DNA of 64,000 bases from Acinetobacter phage vB_AbaS_TCUP2199. Both the position numbers and the translations under genes were made by a program. The notes under the pieces were generated by a model, which saw only the letters and a program-made list of their open reading frames with translations, was not told the DNA's origin and did not search any database. Position 1 is the first letter of the stretch. Each line of letters begins with the position of its first letter. The stretch is taken from the sequence record ON323491.1; one strand, 5' to 3'. Shown here piece by piece: positions 48,858 to 57,797 of this stretch.

Positions 48858-49259
48858 TTAAGCCTGAGAAGTATTCAAGGTATTGCTTAATTCTTTCACT
48901 TGTGGAATCGCTTGGCGAATCTGTTTTGCTGCTGCTTCGGCTTCTTTCAGCATAAAATTTATTGTGCGCTCAAGAACCCACTCATAGATTGCCATCATTT
49001 CATGGTCTAAAAGTCCAAGGTTTTCAAATTCATCTAAGATTGCTTCTACAGTTTTACCCATAGAATCTTTACCTAAAAGCAATAAGGCTGTTGCCTGCAT
49101 CTTAAATGCTTCGGTAGTAACATACCCTTGAATTTCTTCAATAGGTAAATCTTTAAATAAACGGAAACGTGTAGCTGCCGTAAATTTAAGTTCCATTGGT
49201 TGGTTGCCGACCATGAAGGTTTTTACACCATAGTCAATGGTCTTTTCTTGCTCAGACAT
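48858..49259 (-). CDS. tail assembly chaperone, G-like
   Basis: Between major tail and tape measure genes. Confidence 0.55.
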   Translation of the reverse strand: MSEQEKTIDYGVKTFMVGNQPMELKFTAATRFRLFKDLPIEEIQGYVTTEAFKMQATALLLLGKDSMGKTVEAILDEFENLGLLDHEMMAIYEWVLERTINFMLKEAEAAAKQIRQAIPQVKELSNTLNTSQA

Positions 49260-49269
49260 TTATTTACTC

Positions 49270-49301
49270 CAAAAAATAAACCCTGCTAGGGGCAGGGTTT
49301 A
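49270..49301 (-). terminator. rho-independent terminator after the major tail gene
   Basis: Minus strand aaaccctgc-cccta-gcagggttt followed by attttttgg. Confidence 0.65.
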
Positions 49302-49314
49302 TTATGTCACAGGA

Positions 49315-50109
49315 TTAAGTTAATAAGAATACCTTTGACTTACCATGTTCAACATATAAGTCATAACCAGCATCTTTCTTGGTTAATGCCATTGCCTTCA
49401 TTTGATAAGCAATGTTCGCGTAATCAGTAGCACCAAACGCTAAGTTAAGACCAGATGTGATCTGAACTTTAGGAACGATAACCACGATAGGGTTACAGTT
49501 TACATCAGCAGAAACGATTTTTGCTGAGAAGTATTCTGCACCAGAACATGAGTTCGGGTTGTTAGTATTGATAAGAGTTGATTTAACAAGCTCATCACCA
49601 ACAGCAACAGGTGCAACAAGGTCACGGTCCAACGTAAGAACGTTAGTAGCGATAGCATCAATTTTGTATGCTAAGCCGTTGTTGTCACCAAGTTTGTTGT
49701 ACAAAATTACCCAGTCGCCAACTGCTAAACCAGTTGAAGATTGAACAGTAATTTCAGAAACACCAACTGCAGCAGGTGCAGAAACAACTGCGCGAGTACG
49801 TGCAGCAGTAGGGTCAGCAGTAAAACCAGCTTGGCCTAATGCATACATAATGGTACGCGGGTTATATTCATAACCGTTACCAGAAATAGTCCAGTTGTCA
49901 CCAGTCTTTTGACTGTGAACTGTATCTTGTGTAACACCTTGGTTTAAGTCTTGGAATGTTTTATCGTTAGCAATCGCTAAGTTTTTAAACAAGCCAACGC
50001 TGTGTTCTTCCTCAGTTAAATCCAAAGCAGAACCCAAAGCACCGATCATAAGGGTTGCTTCGTTTAATACGAAACCATCACCCAACGCTGTACCAAAATT
50101 TTGTTGCAT
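49315..50109 (-). CDS. major tail protein (V-like)
   Basis: ATG at 50109 after GAGG; strong terminator downstream; start at 50187 would overlap the upstream gene. Confidence 0.55.
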   Translation of the reverse strand: MQQNFGTALGDGFVLNEATLMIGALGSALDLTEEEHSVGLFKNLAIANDKTFQDLNQGVTQDTVHSQKTGDNWTISGNGYEYNPRTIMYALGQAGFTADPTAARTRAVVSAPAAVGVSEITVQSSTGLAVGDWVILYNKLGDNNGLAYKIDAIATNVLTLDRDLVAPVAVGDELVKSTLINTNNPNSCSGAEYFSAKIVSADVNCNPIVVIVPKVQITSGLNLAFGATDYANIAYQMKAMALTKKDAGYDLYVEHGKSKVFLLT

Positions 50110-50167
50110 AGCGACCTCAAATTTGTTATGTAACTGTCTAAGTCTGAGCAGATTATACCTGTATTTT

Positions 50168-50671
50168 TTATACTGTGCTATGCTCAATTTGAAGTCGCTG
50201 TGGACTCATCATTGTGACAGTGACACTTCTAAAAGTACGGGAATCATCTACACGTGGCGAATTGGTAAAGAAAGAGGGTGAATACACCAATGTACCGATA
50301 ACCTCGTTTCCGCTTTCAGAGTATATACCAATTCTTGTGTGTTTTTTAGAATCTCTATTTGCAATTTCAGAAATTAACTGACTCATATAGAGTTCTTCAA
50401 GCTTACCACCGTTTACATCATTCACTGCAGCAAAGCCTAAAAGCATATTATGCTTATCACCATACTGGCTTCCATCTACATCCATGGTCCAGTCGGACAG
50501 GAAAATAAAGTCACCCTTTGGTAATTTTGAAGCATCGGCAATACTATCCAGATAAACCACCGTTAATTTCGGAATGTCTGGCTTTTTTTCATGGATACGC
50601 TGGGCCACATCCCCAAGGTATTTTAGCAAACTGGCAAATACCTCTTTATATTGGTAACCTCTAATATTCAT
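50168..50671 (-). CDS. tail terminator / head-tail completion protein (U/Z-like position)
   Basis: Position only. Confidence 0.4.
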   Translation of the reverse strand: MNIRGYQYKEVFASLLKYLGDVAQRIHEKKPDIPKLTVVYLDSIADASKLPKGDFIFLSDWTMDVDGSQYGDKHNMLLGFAAVNDVNGGKLEELYMSQLISEIANRDSKKHTRIGIYSESGNEVIGTLVYSPSFFTNSPRVDDSRTFRSVTVTMMSPQRLQIEHSTV

Positions 50672-51633
50672 TTCTTAATCCCACGAATAGTGTTTCTGGC
50701 TAAAGGAACCATCACACGTTTAAAAAAGTACCGCATGTATGGTTGGATAAGGTCACGCTGTTTCAGTTTATCGTCCCGTCGGTAATAGAGTTTATATCCT
50801 AAATTTAATCGACGTTCAAACTGACCAGTGGTTTTATTGAAATAAACATCTGGATTAGCAATGACAGTTCTTGGGTTCTGGATAATCTGGGTGCCAGAAG
50901 TTACCGACTTAACGTAATCTTCTGGACTCGAACTGACAGTACCCTGCAGCATATCCGATACAAATTTTGCATATCCGTTGAAGACATTAAATTCAATTGT
51001 ACGTCGCATCTGCTTGACATACTTCTCAGGCACAGCCCCTGATTTCTTAGATGCTTCGGAATAATTAATCTTTGGCGCTTTTTCTGCAGCATCGTAGATG
51101 AAGTCATAATTTTTTCCTCGCGTACCAATATTACGGCCATAAGCTGGAATAGATTTTTGTGGTACAAACAAAGGGTCGGTATTTTTAGATGAAAAACGGC
51201 TGGCATATCCTTGTGGATTATTTGCAGCTTGGTATCTCAAAGTGTTGTTTGACATACGAGCCATACGTTCGCTTTGGGTCCTGAAAGTCTTAATCATGGA
51301 ACCTGTGTACATCCAAAAATTACGATTACCATTCTTTTTAATTTTTTGCTTTTCATATTTGGGAGTTAATTTTTCCCAAGGTGTGGCACCTTCCTGTACC
51401 AAAAAACTTGGTGTACTTGCGTGGGAACCCATTACCCGACGGGCAACAACCCCACCAATTTGCACATCCTTACCCATTGCTTCAAATACACGTGAAGCTG
51501 CTCGGTCCATTTGTTTAACAAAACTACCTTGGATGTTCAAAACTTTTCGGTCAAGTGCAGATGAAAATTTGCCCTCAATTCTAATGAGGGCATCATCTAA
51601 ACCTGTAATGATAACTGTCGGTTGATCAGCCAT
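50668..51633 (-). CDS. head-tail connector/structural protein (321 aa)
   Basis: Position only. Confidence 0.4.
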   Translation of the reverse strand: MADQPTVIITGLDDALIRIEGKFSSALDRKVLNIQGSFVKQMDRAASRVFEAMGKDVQIGGVVARRVMGSHASTPSFLVQEGATPWEKLTPKYEKQKIKKNGNRNFWMYTGSMIKTFRTQSERMARMSNNTLRYQAANNPQGYASRFSSKNTDPLFVPQKSIPAYGRNIGTRGKNYDFIYDAAEKAPKINYSEASKKSGAVPEKYVKQMRRTIEFNVFNGYAKFVSDMLQGTVSSSPEDYVKSVTSGTQIIQNPRTVIANPDVYFNKTTGQFERRLNLGYKLYYRRDDKLKQRDLIQPYMRYFFKRVMVPLARNTIRGIKK

Positions 51634-52186
51634 TTGGTTCTACCGTTTGATACTCTGCTCTCGCACAGTATAAACCATACTCTACCTTCACATCACGAAT
51701 TAAAAAATCGCCAACAATATCGCCAGCTTTTAATTCTGCTGCAGCACGGATAGTTGCATATTGAGTAGGATTATCATCATAACGAGCAGGGGACACGTCA
51801 AACAACATAGAAATGTTAATATTATCAAGGACTTGGTAATACATTTCAGTAGTATCTAAACCAGTGACAGGATGTTTTTTACGCACCTGACGAGTCCATT
51901 GTTGTTTATAATGGGTCACTTCAAAAGCCCGATACGTGAGTGATTCACGACGAGCTGAAAAGGCACCGATAAGATAACAAGCACCAGTTAGGCCAGTGCT
52001 TTTAATCTGCTGACCTTGAAGGTCCATTGTCTTGCTGCTAACTTCCAGTAAGCGGACAACGTTATTGTTTGAATAACGAATGTCCTCTGGCGGCTCCGCA
52101 AGCAACCCCAAAAAGGCTACCTTCTGATTATCATATAATCGGAATTTTTCCTTATGGGATGTTTTATTTGTGAGTGCGATTGCCAT
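51626..52186 (-). CDS. head-tail joining protein (186 aa)
   Basis: Position only. Confidence 0.4.
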   Translation of the reverse strand: MAIALTNKTSHKEKFRLYDNQKVAFLGLLAEPPEDIRYSNNNVVRLLEVSSKTMDLQGQQIKSTGLTGACYLIGAFSARRESLTYRAFEVTHYKQQWTRQVRKKHPVTGLDTTEMYYQVLDNINISMLFDVSPARYDDNPTQYATIRAAAELKAGDIVGDFLIRDVKVEYGLYCARAEYQTVEPNG

Positions 52187-52893
52187 TATGCGTTAATACT
52201 CCATTGTTTAGCGTTCACAAATTCAAAAATAGAAACGCTCACAGCTTCTGGAATAACTAGGAAATCTGCCAAGTCGTCTTGCAATTTTGCCAAGGTATCT
52301 TGCAAATTGTCTAAAAAGTCTTGGAAATATTTAGGGTCCATTAAACGTTGGACTTGACCATTCTCGGTTTTACGACTCTTATCAAGGCGAATCAGCATTG
52401 ATGGTCCCAAAGAAATGGCAGCAATAATGGCAATTAAATCACCAAAACGTTTGGTTAAATACGGGTCATTTTGACGTACAGCGTGAAAATCATTGATCAT
52501 CCAGCGGTAAACCTCAACATAATGAGATTCAATACCAATGGTTTCATCTGATAATTCATCTGGGGTAACACCCAGTAAGGTACGAACAGCTTCTGCATCG
52601 GTTGGAATATCTAAACTGTCTACTACACCGAACATTTCGCGGTGAACAAACATACCTAATGCAGTTGGTGCTGATAGCATGACACCAATTAAATGTAGCT
52701 GACCTGCAGCAACATTTGGTGTGAGAATATCAAAGGTAATGTCTGTTGCTTCCGCAACTTCAATAGTCGATGTAACAGTTGTACCTGACTGGCGAACAAC
52801 TAATTTAGCGTCGCCAGTAGGTAGAGTATATTCAGCACCGACAATCACAGGCACTGTAATTGGATGCTGATCGTTCGGTGCTAAAAATTTCAT
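52186..52893 (-). CDS. head completion/structural protein (235 aa)
   Basis: Position only. Confidence 0.4.
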   Translation of the reverse strand: MKFLAPNDQHPITVPVIVGAEYTLPTGDAKLVVRQSGTTVTSTIEVAEATDITFDILTPNVAAGQLHLIGVMLSAPTALGMFVHREMFGVVDSLDIPTDAEAVRTLLGVTPDELSDETIGIESHYVEVYRWMINDFHAVRQNDPYLTKRFGDLIAIIAAISLGPSMLIRLDKSRKTENGQVQRLMDPKYFQDFLDNLQDTLAKLQDDLADFLVIPEAVSVSIFEFVNAKQWSINA

Positions 52894-52900
52894 TCAGGCA

Positions 52901-53371
52901 TTACTCAGCAGGTTTGTTTTCAGCAGCAGCTTTTTCAGCAGCAGCTTTTTCAGCAGCAAGCGCACGTTTTTGTGCGGCAGTTAATGGTTTTTCTTGAATC
53001 TGACCAGTATCACCTGCAGCTTCATCTTCACCTTCTTCACCACCGTTTTCTAATTCAGCAGTGTAAGCTTCAACCGCAAAGCGATATGTATTAGCTACAT
53101 ATTCTTCATAAGTTTCTTCATCTGGAACCCATGGTTTAGATGCACGTTGGTCACGATAGATTTCATCTAAAGTAGCATAGACAGCTTCATCTGGAACTTC
53201 AAAAGCTTCTGGACTTCCAGCTTGAGTTAAAATGGTAAGTTTCCCTTGAGAAACTAAACCGTTAAGGTATGCGTCATCTTTATCGCCCAAAAGATAATCA
53301 CGGCCACCTGTTAAAGTCAAACCGTTGATTGATAATGTGCGTCCTACTGCGGGGGTTAATAAACGTTTCAT
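52901..53371 (-). CDS. structural protein with C-terminal AAAEKAAAEK repeats (156 aa)
   Basis: Downstream of MCP; tandem 15-bp DNA repeats encode the Ala/Glu/Lys repeats. Confidence 0.45.
   Translation of the reverse strand: MKRLLTPAVGRTLSINGLTLTGGRDYLLGDKDDAYLNGLVSQGKLTILTQAGSPEAFEVPDEAVYATLDEIYRDQRASKPWVPDEETYEEYVANTYRFAVEAYTAELENGGEEGEDEAAGDTGQIQEKPLTAAQKRALAAEKAAAEKAAAENKPAE
52931..52970. repeat. tandem 15-bp repeat inside CDS
   Basis: cagcagcagcttttt x2 plus a partial copy. Confidence 0.8.
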
Positions 53372-53401
53372 GGTTTATCCTCTGTGAATTTCCTGAATTA
53401 T

Positions 53402-53436
53402 AACAAATAAAAACCCTCTTAAAAGAGGGTTTTTAT
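53402..53436 (-). terminator. rho-independent terminator after MCP
   Basis: aaaccctctt-aa-aagagggttt flanked by A/T runs; TATAAT-like box follows on the minus strand (53397-53402). Confidence 0.6.
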
Positions 53437-53450
53437 TTTATTCACTATTA

Positions 53451-54659
53451 TTATGATTGAGTCCATTTTAATAGTGTACGAGTATCACCGTAAGCAAGGG
53501 TGAAACCAGAGATAATTGTATTAGTATACAAGATCGTTTGGTTACCGATGTTACGCTCAGATTCAGCAATCTGAGAGTTAGTCTTGATCAGACGCTCAAG
53601 AGTTTCACCTTTACGGAAACCGATAAGCTTGTGACCAGTTAATTGTGAAGTGATAACCAAAGTAAGGTTAAAGTTCACACCGTTCGCTACTTTAACAGCT
53701 AAACTAGCCATTTGAGTACCAGAACCTGTGATACCACCAACACCAGCAGCAGGTGTGTTGTTAGCGTTAGTCACTGGGAACATCAATTGAAGTTCCATTA
53801 AAGTGTCCCAACCAACTAACAATGTATCAAACTGCAAGCCTTTACGAGCTTGGTTGATAATCCACTGCATGAAGCCTTCGGCACGTTCACGTAAAGGTTT
53901 ACCAGCTTTACCATCTAACGTATCAAGGTTGACTTCTTTAATCGGACCATTGATTGAGTTAGGGTCTTGAGATTCACCGTTTACGATTGTCTCAACCGCT
54001 AATGAATGTTCATCTTGGCTACGTTCAAACTCGATACGAGCAGCGTAAGGAACTAAAACGTCAGGAGTTACGTTAGACGCAAACTCATAAGACATTTCAA
54101 TCGCGTGACCAGTTTTGAAGAAATTCACACCAGTTTGAGTCGCTTTCAAAGTACGACGTGGAATGTTTGCACCTTCCGCGATACGATGAGTTTTGAACGA
54201 ATCGTTGGTTGCTTTATCCCAAGTGATTTCTTTCTGCATCACGTTGCTTTTCACCATACGTGTACCGAAAATTAAATCGTCAACACGTTCGATGATAGGG
54301 GTACGTTCAACAGCGCGAAGCAAGTTGTTGATCAACGAAGGTAAAAGTACACGTAGACCTTCATTAGTCATGAATGTACCAGTTGCTGCAGCGAAACACG
54401 CCATTGCAACTTCGTTACCTTGATGGTTTACAGGAACGTTCAACGCTTGGAAAGTAGCTTCCAAACCGTTAAGACCATTTCCACCTTCAACGTACATAGC
54501 TAAAGCAGCTTCTACGTTACAACCTAAAAGGCCAGCGTCTTGCACAAGATTAGATGCAGCGCGTAATTGAGCTTCACGTTCACCTTGCGTCAAAGCAGCA
54601 ACTAATTCAGATGCTTTTAACTTAGGGCCAGTTGGCTTTAATAATTGAAATTTACTCAT
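53451..54659 (-). CDS. major capsid protein (lambda gpE-like)
   Basis: 402 aa; position after the decoration-like and protease/scaffold genes; terminator immediately downstream. Confidence 0.65.
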   Translation of the reverse strand: MSKFQLLKPTGPKLKASELVAALTQGEREAQLRAASNLVQDAGLLGCNVEAALAMYVEGGNGLNGLEATFQALNVPVNHQGNEVAMACFAAATGTFMTNEGLRVLLPSLINNLLRAVERTPIIERVDDLIFGTRMVKSNVMQKEITWDKATNDSFKTHRIAEGANIPRRTLKATQTGVNFFKTGHAIEMSYEFASNVTPDVLVPYAARIEFERSQDEHSLAVETIVNGESQDPNSINGPIKEVNLDTLDGKAGKPLRERAEGFMQWIINQARKGLQFDTLLVGWDTLMELQLMFPVTNANNTPAAGVGGITGSGTQMASLAVKVANGVNFNLTLVITSQLTGHKLIGFRKGETLERLIKTNSQIAESERNIGNQTILYTNTIISGFTLAYGDTRTLLKWTQS

Positions 54660-54674
54660 GTTTTCCTAATCCAA

Positions 54675-55088
54675 TTAAAGTTTAAGTACGCCAACAGCAC
54701 CGTCAGCAAGTGCGTCGATCTCAGCAACGAAGAAACGTAAGTCAGTAGATGCAGCAGCACCTTTCTTAACTTTACCATCTGGACCACCAACAACAGTGTC
54801 ACCAATTTTGAACGCAGTCGCTGGGTCACAAGCTAAGCGGTAACCACCCAAGATAGTGACTTGAACAACTTTACGTGCATTTGGATTAGTCGGTGTTTCA
54901 ACTACAGTGATCTGACCTAAAATTGGGTCACCGTCACCTGCGAGTTTTACAACTGCTTCTGTGCCACCCATCACAAGAGTACAAGCATAACCAGTGTGTT
55001 CTGGCAAAATGCTTTCGTCAGCATAAAATGTGTGACGTGATTCCTGAACTGGAATCGTAGAGGTACTTGGTTTAAAAGCCATTTTCAT
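54675..55088 (-). CDS. head decoration protein candidate (gpD-like position, 137 aa)
   Basis: Small Gly/Val-rich protein between scaffold and MCP. Confidence 0.45.
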   Translation of the reverse strand: MKMAFKPSTSTIPVQESRHTFYADESILPEHTGYACTLVMGGTEAVVKLAGDGDPILGQITVVETPTNPNARKVVQVTILGGYRLACDPATAFKIGDTVVGGPDGKVKKGAAASTDLRFFVAEIDALADGAVGVLKL

Positions 55089-55125
55089 CTGCTCCGAATG
55101 AATTTTTGATTAACTACTTCAAAGC

Positions 55126-56289
55126 TTATTTAGAAGCTTTGAAGAATGAATTATCAAGAACAGGTTGGCTTAGATTTGTATCGTCACCTTCACCGCCTTG
55201 GGCACCGCCAGCACTACCTTCTGGGTTACCGCCAGCTTCGTAAACTGCAAGTTTAGCTTCTGCTGCAGTAAGCTTAGCTTCTACTTCTGCTTTTGCTGTT
55301 TTTTCAGTTTCAAGTTCAGTCTCTTTAGCAGCTAAGTCAGCTTCTGCTTTTTGTTTAGCAGTTTCAGCTTCTTGTTTAGCAGTTTCAGCCTTAGTTACAG
55401 ATTCGTTAGCAGCAGAAAGTTGAGCTTCGAGTAAATCAACTTTAGCTTCTGCTTTTACGAACTTGTCATATTTATCTTGAGAAAGAGTAATATCCATCTT
55501 CGCACCTGTGTTTGGAATATTTGGCGTTCCAGAATTTTTAGGAATTTCATCGGCTAAAAAGACTGCACCCGCTGTTGTTGACAGAAGTATATCAGTGGAA
55601 AAATCGCCTGACAAATTAATTTCACCAGTTTCTGCAGCTAATAAAGCATTTTCAGCTTTAATTACCTGAGCATTTGGGGCAGCACCACGTGGGACTACAC
55701 TGATTTCACGCCATTGCTTAACACCATCAAGGCGTAAATGGTTGCCATTCATACCCCATTGGTGACCGTTATCACAAAGAGGGGTGTAATCTTTACCAGC
55801 ATAAAGCTTACGACGATTATCTGGCGAAGCCATGAAGTCAAAATCACAAGCTGAACATTTCACCGAACTTGGTGTTGTGCCAGTTGAAACTTCATTGATA
55901 ATACCTGAATCAATTTTTGCTGCGTGTTCATGGTCAGCTTGAAGGTATACAAGTACACGAAGTTCTTTCTCATTGAAATTACCTTCGCTATCATAAACCT
56001 TAGCATCCAAAGTACGGCCAATTGGTAGTCGAGAATGCGTGTCATGCAGTTCAATCAATGGTACATAATTACCAAGATTGATATTCTCAGCCATTTGGTT
56101 TAAGTATGTTTGGGTCATACGTGCATTTGCTAAAGCACCCCCTGCGCGAGTGATCGGCAGGGTATCGTTTGCACGTAATTCAAACACAGCAAATTGACTC
56201 AAATCTGTTTTTTCACCAACCTGCGCTTGTAAAAGTTTTTTAGCACGTGGTGATTTTTCAAGGTCAATTCTATACATAGTTTGTCTCAC
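55126..56289 (-). CDS. prohead protease / scaffold protein (C/Nu3-like)
   Basis: C-terminal 120 aa Ala/Glu/Lys coiled-coil typical of scaffolds; internal in-frame ATG at 55497 with AGGTG RBS. Confidence 0.5.
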   Translation of the reverse strand: MRQTMYRIDLEKSPRAKKLLQAQVGEKTDLSQFAVFELRANDTLPITRAGGALANARMTQTYLNQMAENINLGNYVPLIELHDTHSRLPIGRTLDAKVYDSEGNFNEKELRVLVYLQADHEHAAKIDSGIINEVSTGTTPSSVKCSACDFDFMASPDNRRKLYAGKDYTPLCDNGHQWGMNGNHLRLDGVKQWREISVVPRGAAPNAQVIKAENALLAAETGEINLSGDFSTDILLSTTAGAVFLADEIPKNSGTPNIPNTGAKMDITLSQDKYDKFVKAEAKVDLLEAQLSAANESVTKAETAKQEAETAKQKAEADLAAKETELETEKTAKAEVEAKLTAAEAKLAVYEAGGNPEGSAGGAQGGEGDDTNLSQPVLDNSFFKASK

Positions 56290-57797
56290 TACTTGACAGC
56301 ATTGCTTTTGGCACTAGCGTCAGATTTTCGGGTTTGCGCTCGTTGACGAGAATCAGGTTGATCTTTCTGCGGTGTATTAGTTTTTGCGTTTTGCGCTTGA
56401 CTCGTCGCATCATTACCATTACCCGTATCCTTCTGAGCTTCTAAAAATCCAGTCCCTGACAGTGTAGGGGCAGTTGGCGGTTTTGGTCGATTATACATAG
56501 CTAAATGGTACTCATCATCTGAAATAATTCCAAGTGACAAGTCTTTTTGCAATCGAGCCTGTTTTTGTACCCATGCTGGTTCAAGTTCATTTGGTGGGCG
56601 CATTTCTGGCTTGTCAAAATAAACTTCAACGTAGCTTTGTGAACCACTAACACGCATAGCAAATGTTAAAAACTGACTCCAAACCTCAGCTAAAGGTTCA
56701 TTCAGTTCTGCAGCTTGCATACTGAAAACCTGAGCTTCAACAGAAGCAGTGTTTACACCTGCAGCACCACGGCCTAAAACTGTTGCAACAGATTTTAAAG
56801 CTGCTTGGTTTTGTGCATCCAGTACGTTAATGACTGGTTGAATGTCAATTGCTGAACCTGCGCCACCGCCACCACTTACATCCAAAGTGCTTACTTCAAT
56901 AGAATCTGTATGCACAATTGGTTGAGTAGGACGAATATCGCCAAACTTACGGGTAACGTCAGTTAAAATACTGTTGACAAAAGTTTTTCGCTTCTTATCG
57001 TCACGACGGTCAACTTCGCTCATGTTTTTAACAATTACGTCTTCTAATAATTTAACTGTCATCCGTGGATAACCGTTAATTTGCATAATGTCATAAAGGT
57101 CCCCAATAATTTGGAGACGAGCATATACAGTATTAATAACTGAAATAAAGTTACTCTTGCTGTATAACTTGCTTGGGTCCTGACGATGGGCAGCGTAGTA
57201 GACAGTTGGCAAGTTCAGATCAATGTCATCATTACCTTTTTTCTGTACTGGTGTAGGACGGCCAACTTTCTTTTCGTACCATTCAAATGTGTTGGTATCA
57301 ATAAGACGAGCATCTTGCAAGCCGAACTTTTGGTCCATAATCATTTCAAGCGCAACAGAGCCACGCTTTAAAACCATGTAACGTAATTGCTCATTTCGGG
57401 TTTTCATGCTACGTGGCATGGTAAAACCTTGAGAATAATCAGTAACATAGGTTAGTTGTGAAATGATTTGGGCTACCTGAGTCATACCTTGAGAGTCAAT
57501 TTGACCATCAATGGTTCTAACCACATAGCGCATTTCTGTGTTACTTAGAGTCAGATAAGCAGCAACCGCAGCACTTACGTCTGGGTCATAAGTCATTAAT
57601 TTTTCAATTAAATCATTATCTGCATCCGTGGTCCGTTCATTCAGAAGGTCACGCAAATGGTTGTCAGTATCTGGTGCAGCTACTGCTTGAGTAGATTGCT
57701 GGGGGTCATAGTTCGGGGTGAGCGAAGCTCCCCCGTTCTTAAACCCCTTGGGTAAGATGACTTCGCCAATCTTACCTAAAATATCGAAGCCTGCCAT
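56289..57797 (-). CDS. portal protein
   Basis: 502 aa directly after TerL with overlapping stop/start. Confidence 0.6.
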   Translation of the reverse strand: MAGFDILGKIGEVILPKGFKNGGASLTPNYDPQQSTQAVAAPDTDNHLRDLLNERTTDADNDLIEKLMTYDPDVSAAVAAYLTLSNTEMRYVVRTIDGQIDSQGMTQVAQIISQLTYVTDYSQGFTMPRSMKTRNEQLRYMVLKRGSVALEMIMDQKFGLQDARLIDTNTFEWYEKKVGRPTPVQKKGNDDIDLNLPTVYYAAHRQDPSKLYSKSNFISVINTVYARLQIIGDLYDIMQINGYPRMTVKLLEDVIVKNMSEVDRRDDKKRKTFVNSILTDVTRKFGDIRPTQPIVHTDSIEVSTLDVSGGGGAGSAIDIQPVINVLDAQNQAALKSVATVLGRGAAGVNTASVEAQVFSMQAAELNEPLAEVWSQFLTFAMRVSGSQSYVEVYFDKPEMRPPNELEPAWVQKQARLQKDLSLGIISDDEYHLAMYNRPKPPTAPTLSGTGFLEAQKDTGNGNDATSQAQNAKTNTPQKDQPDSRQRAQTRKSDASAKSNAVK

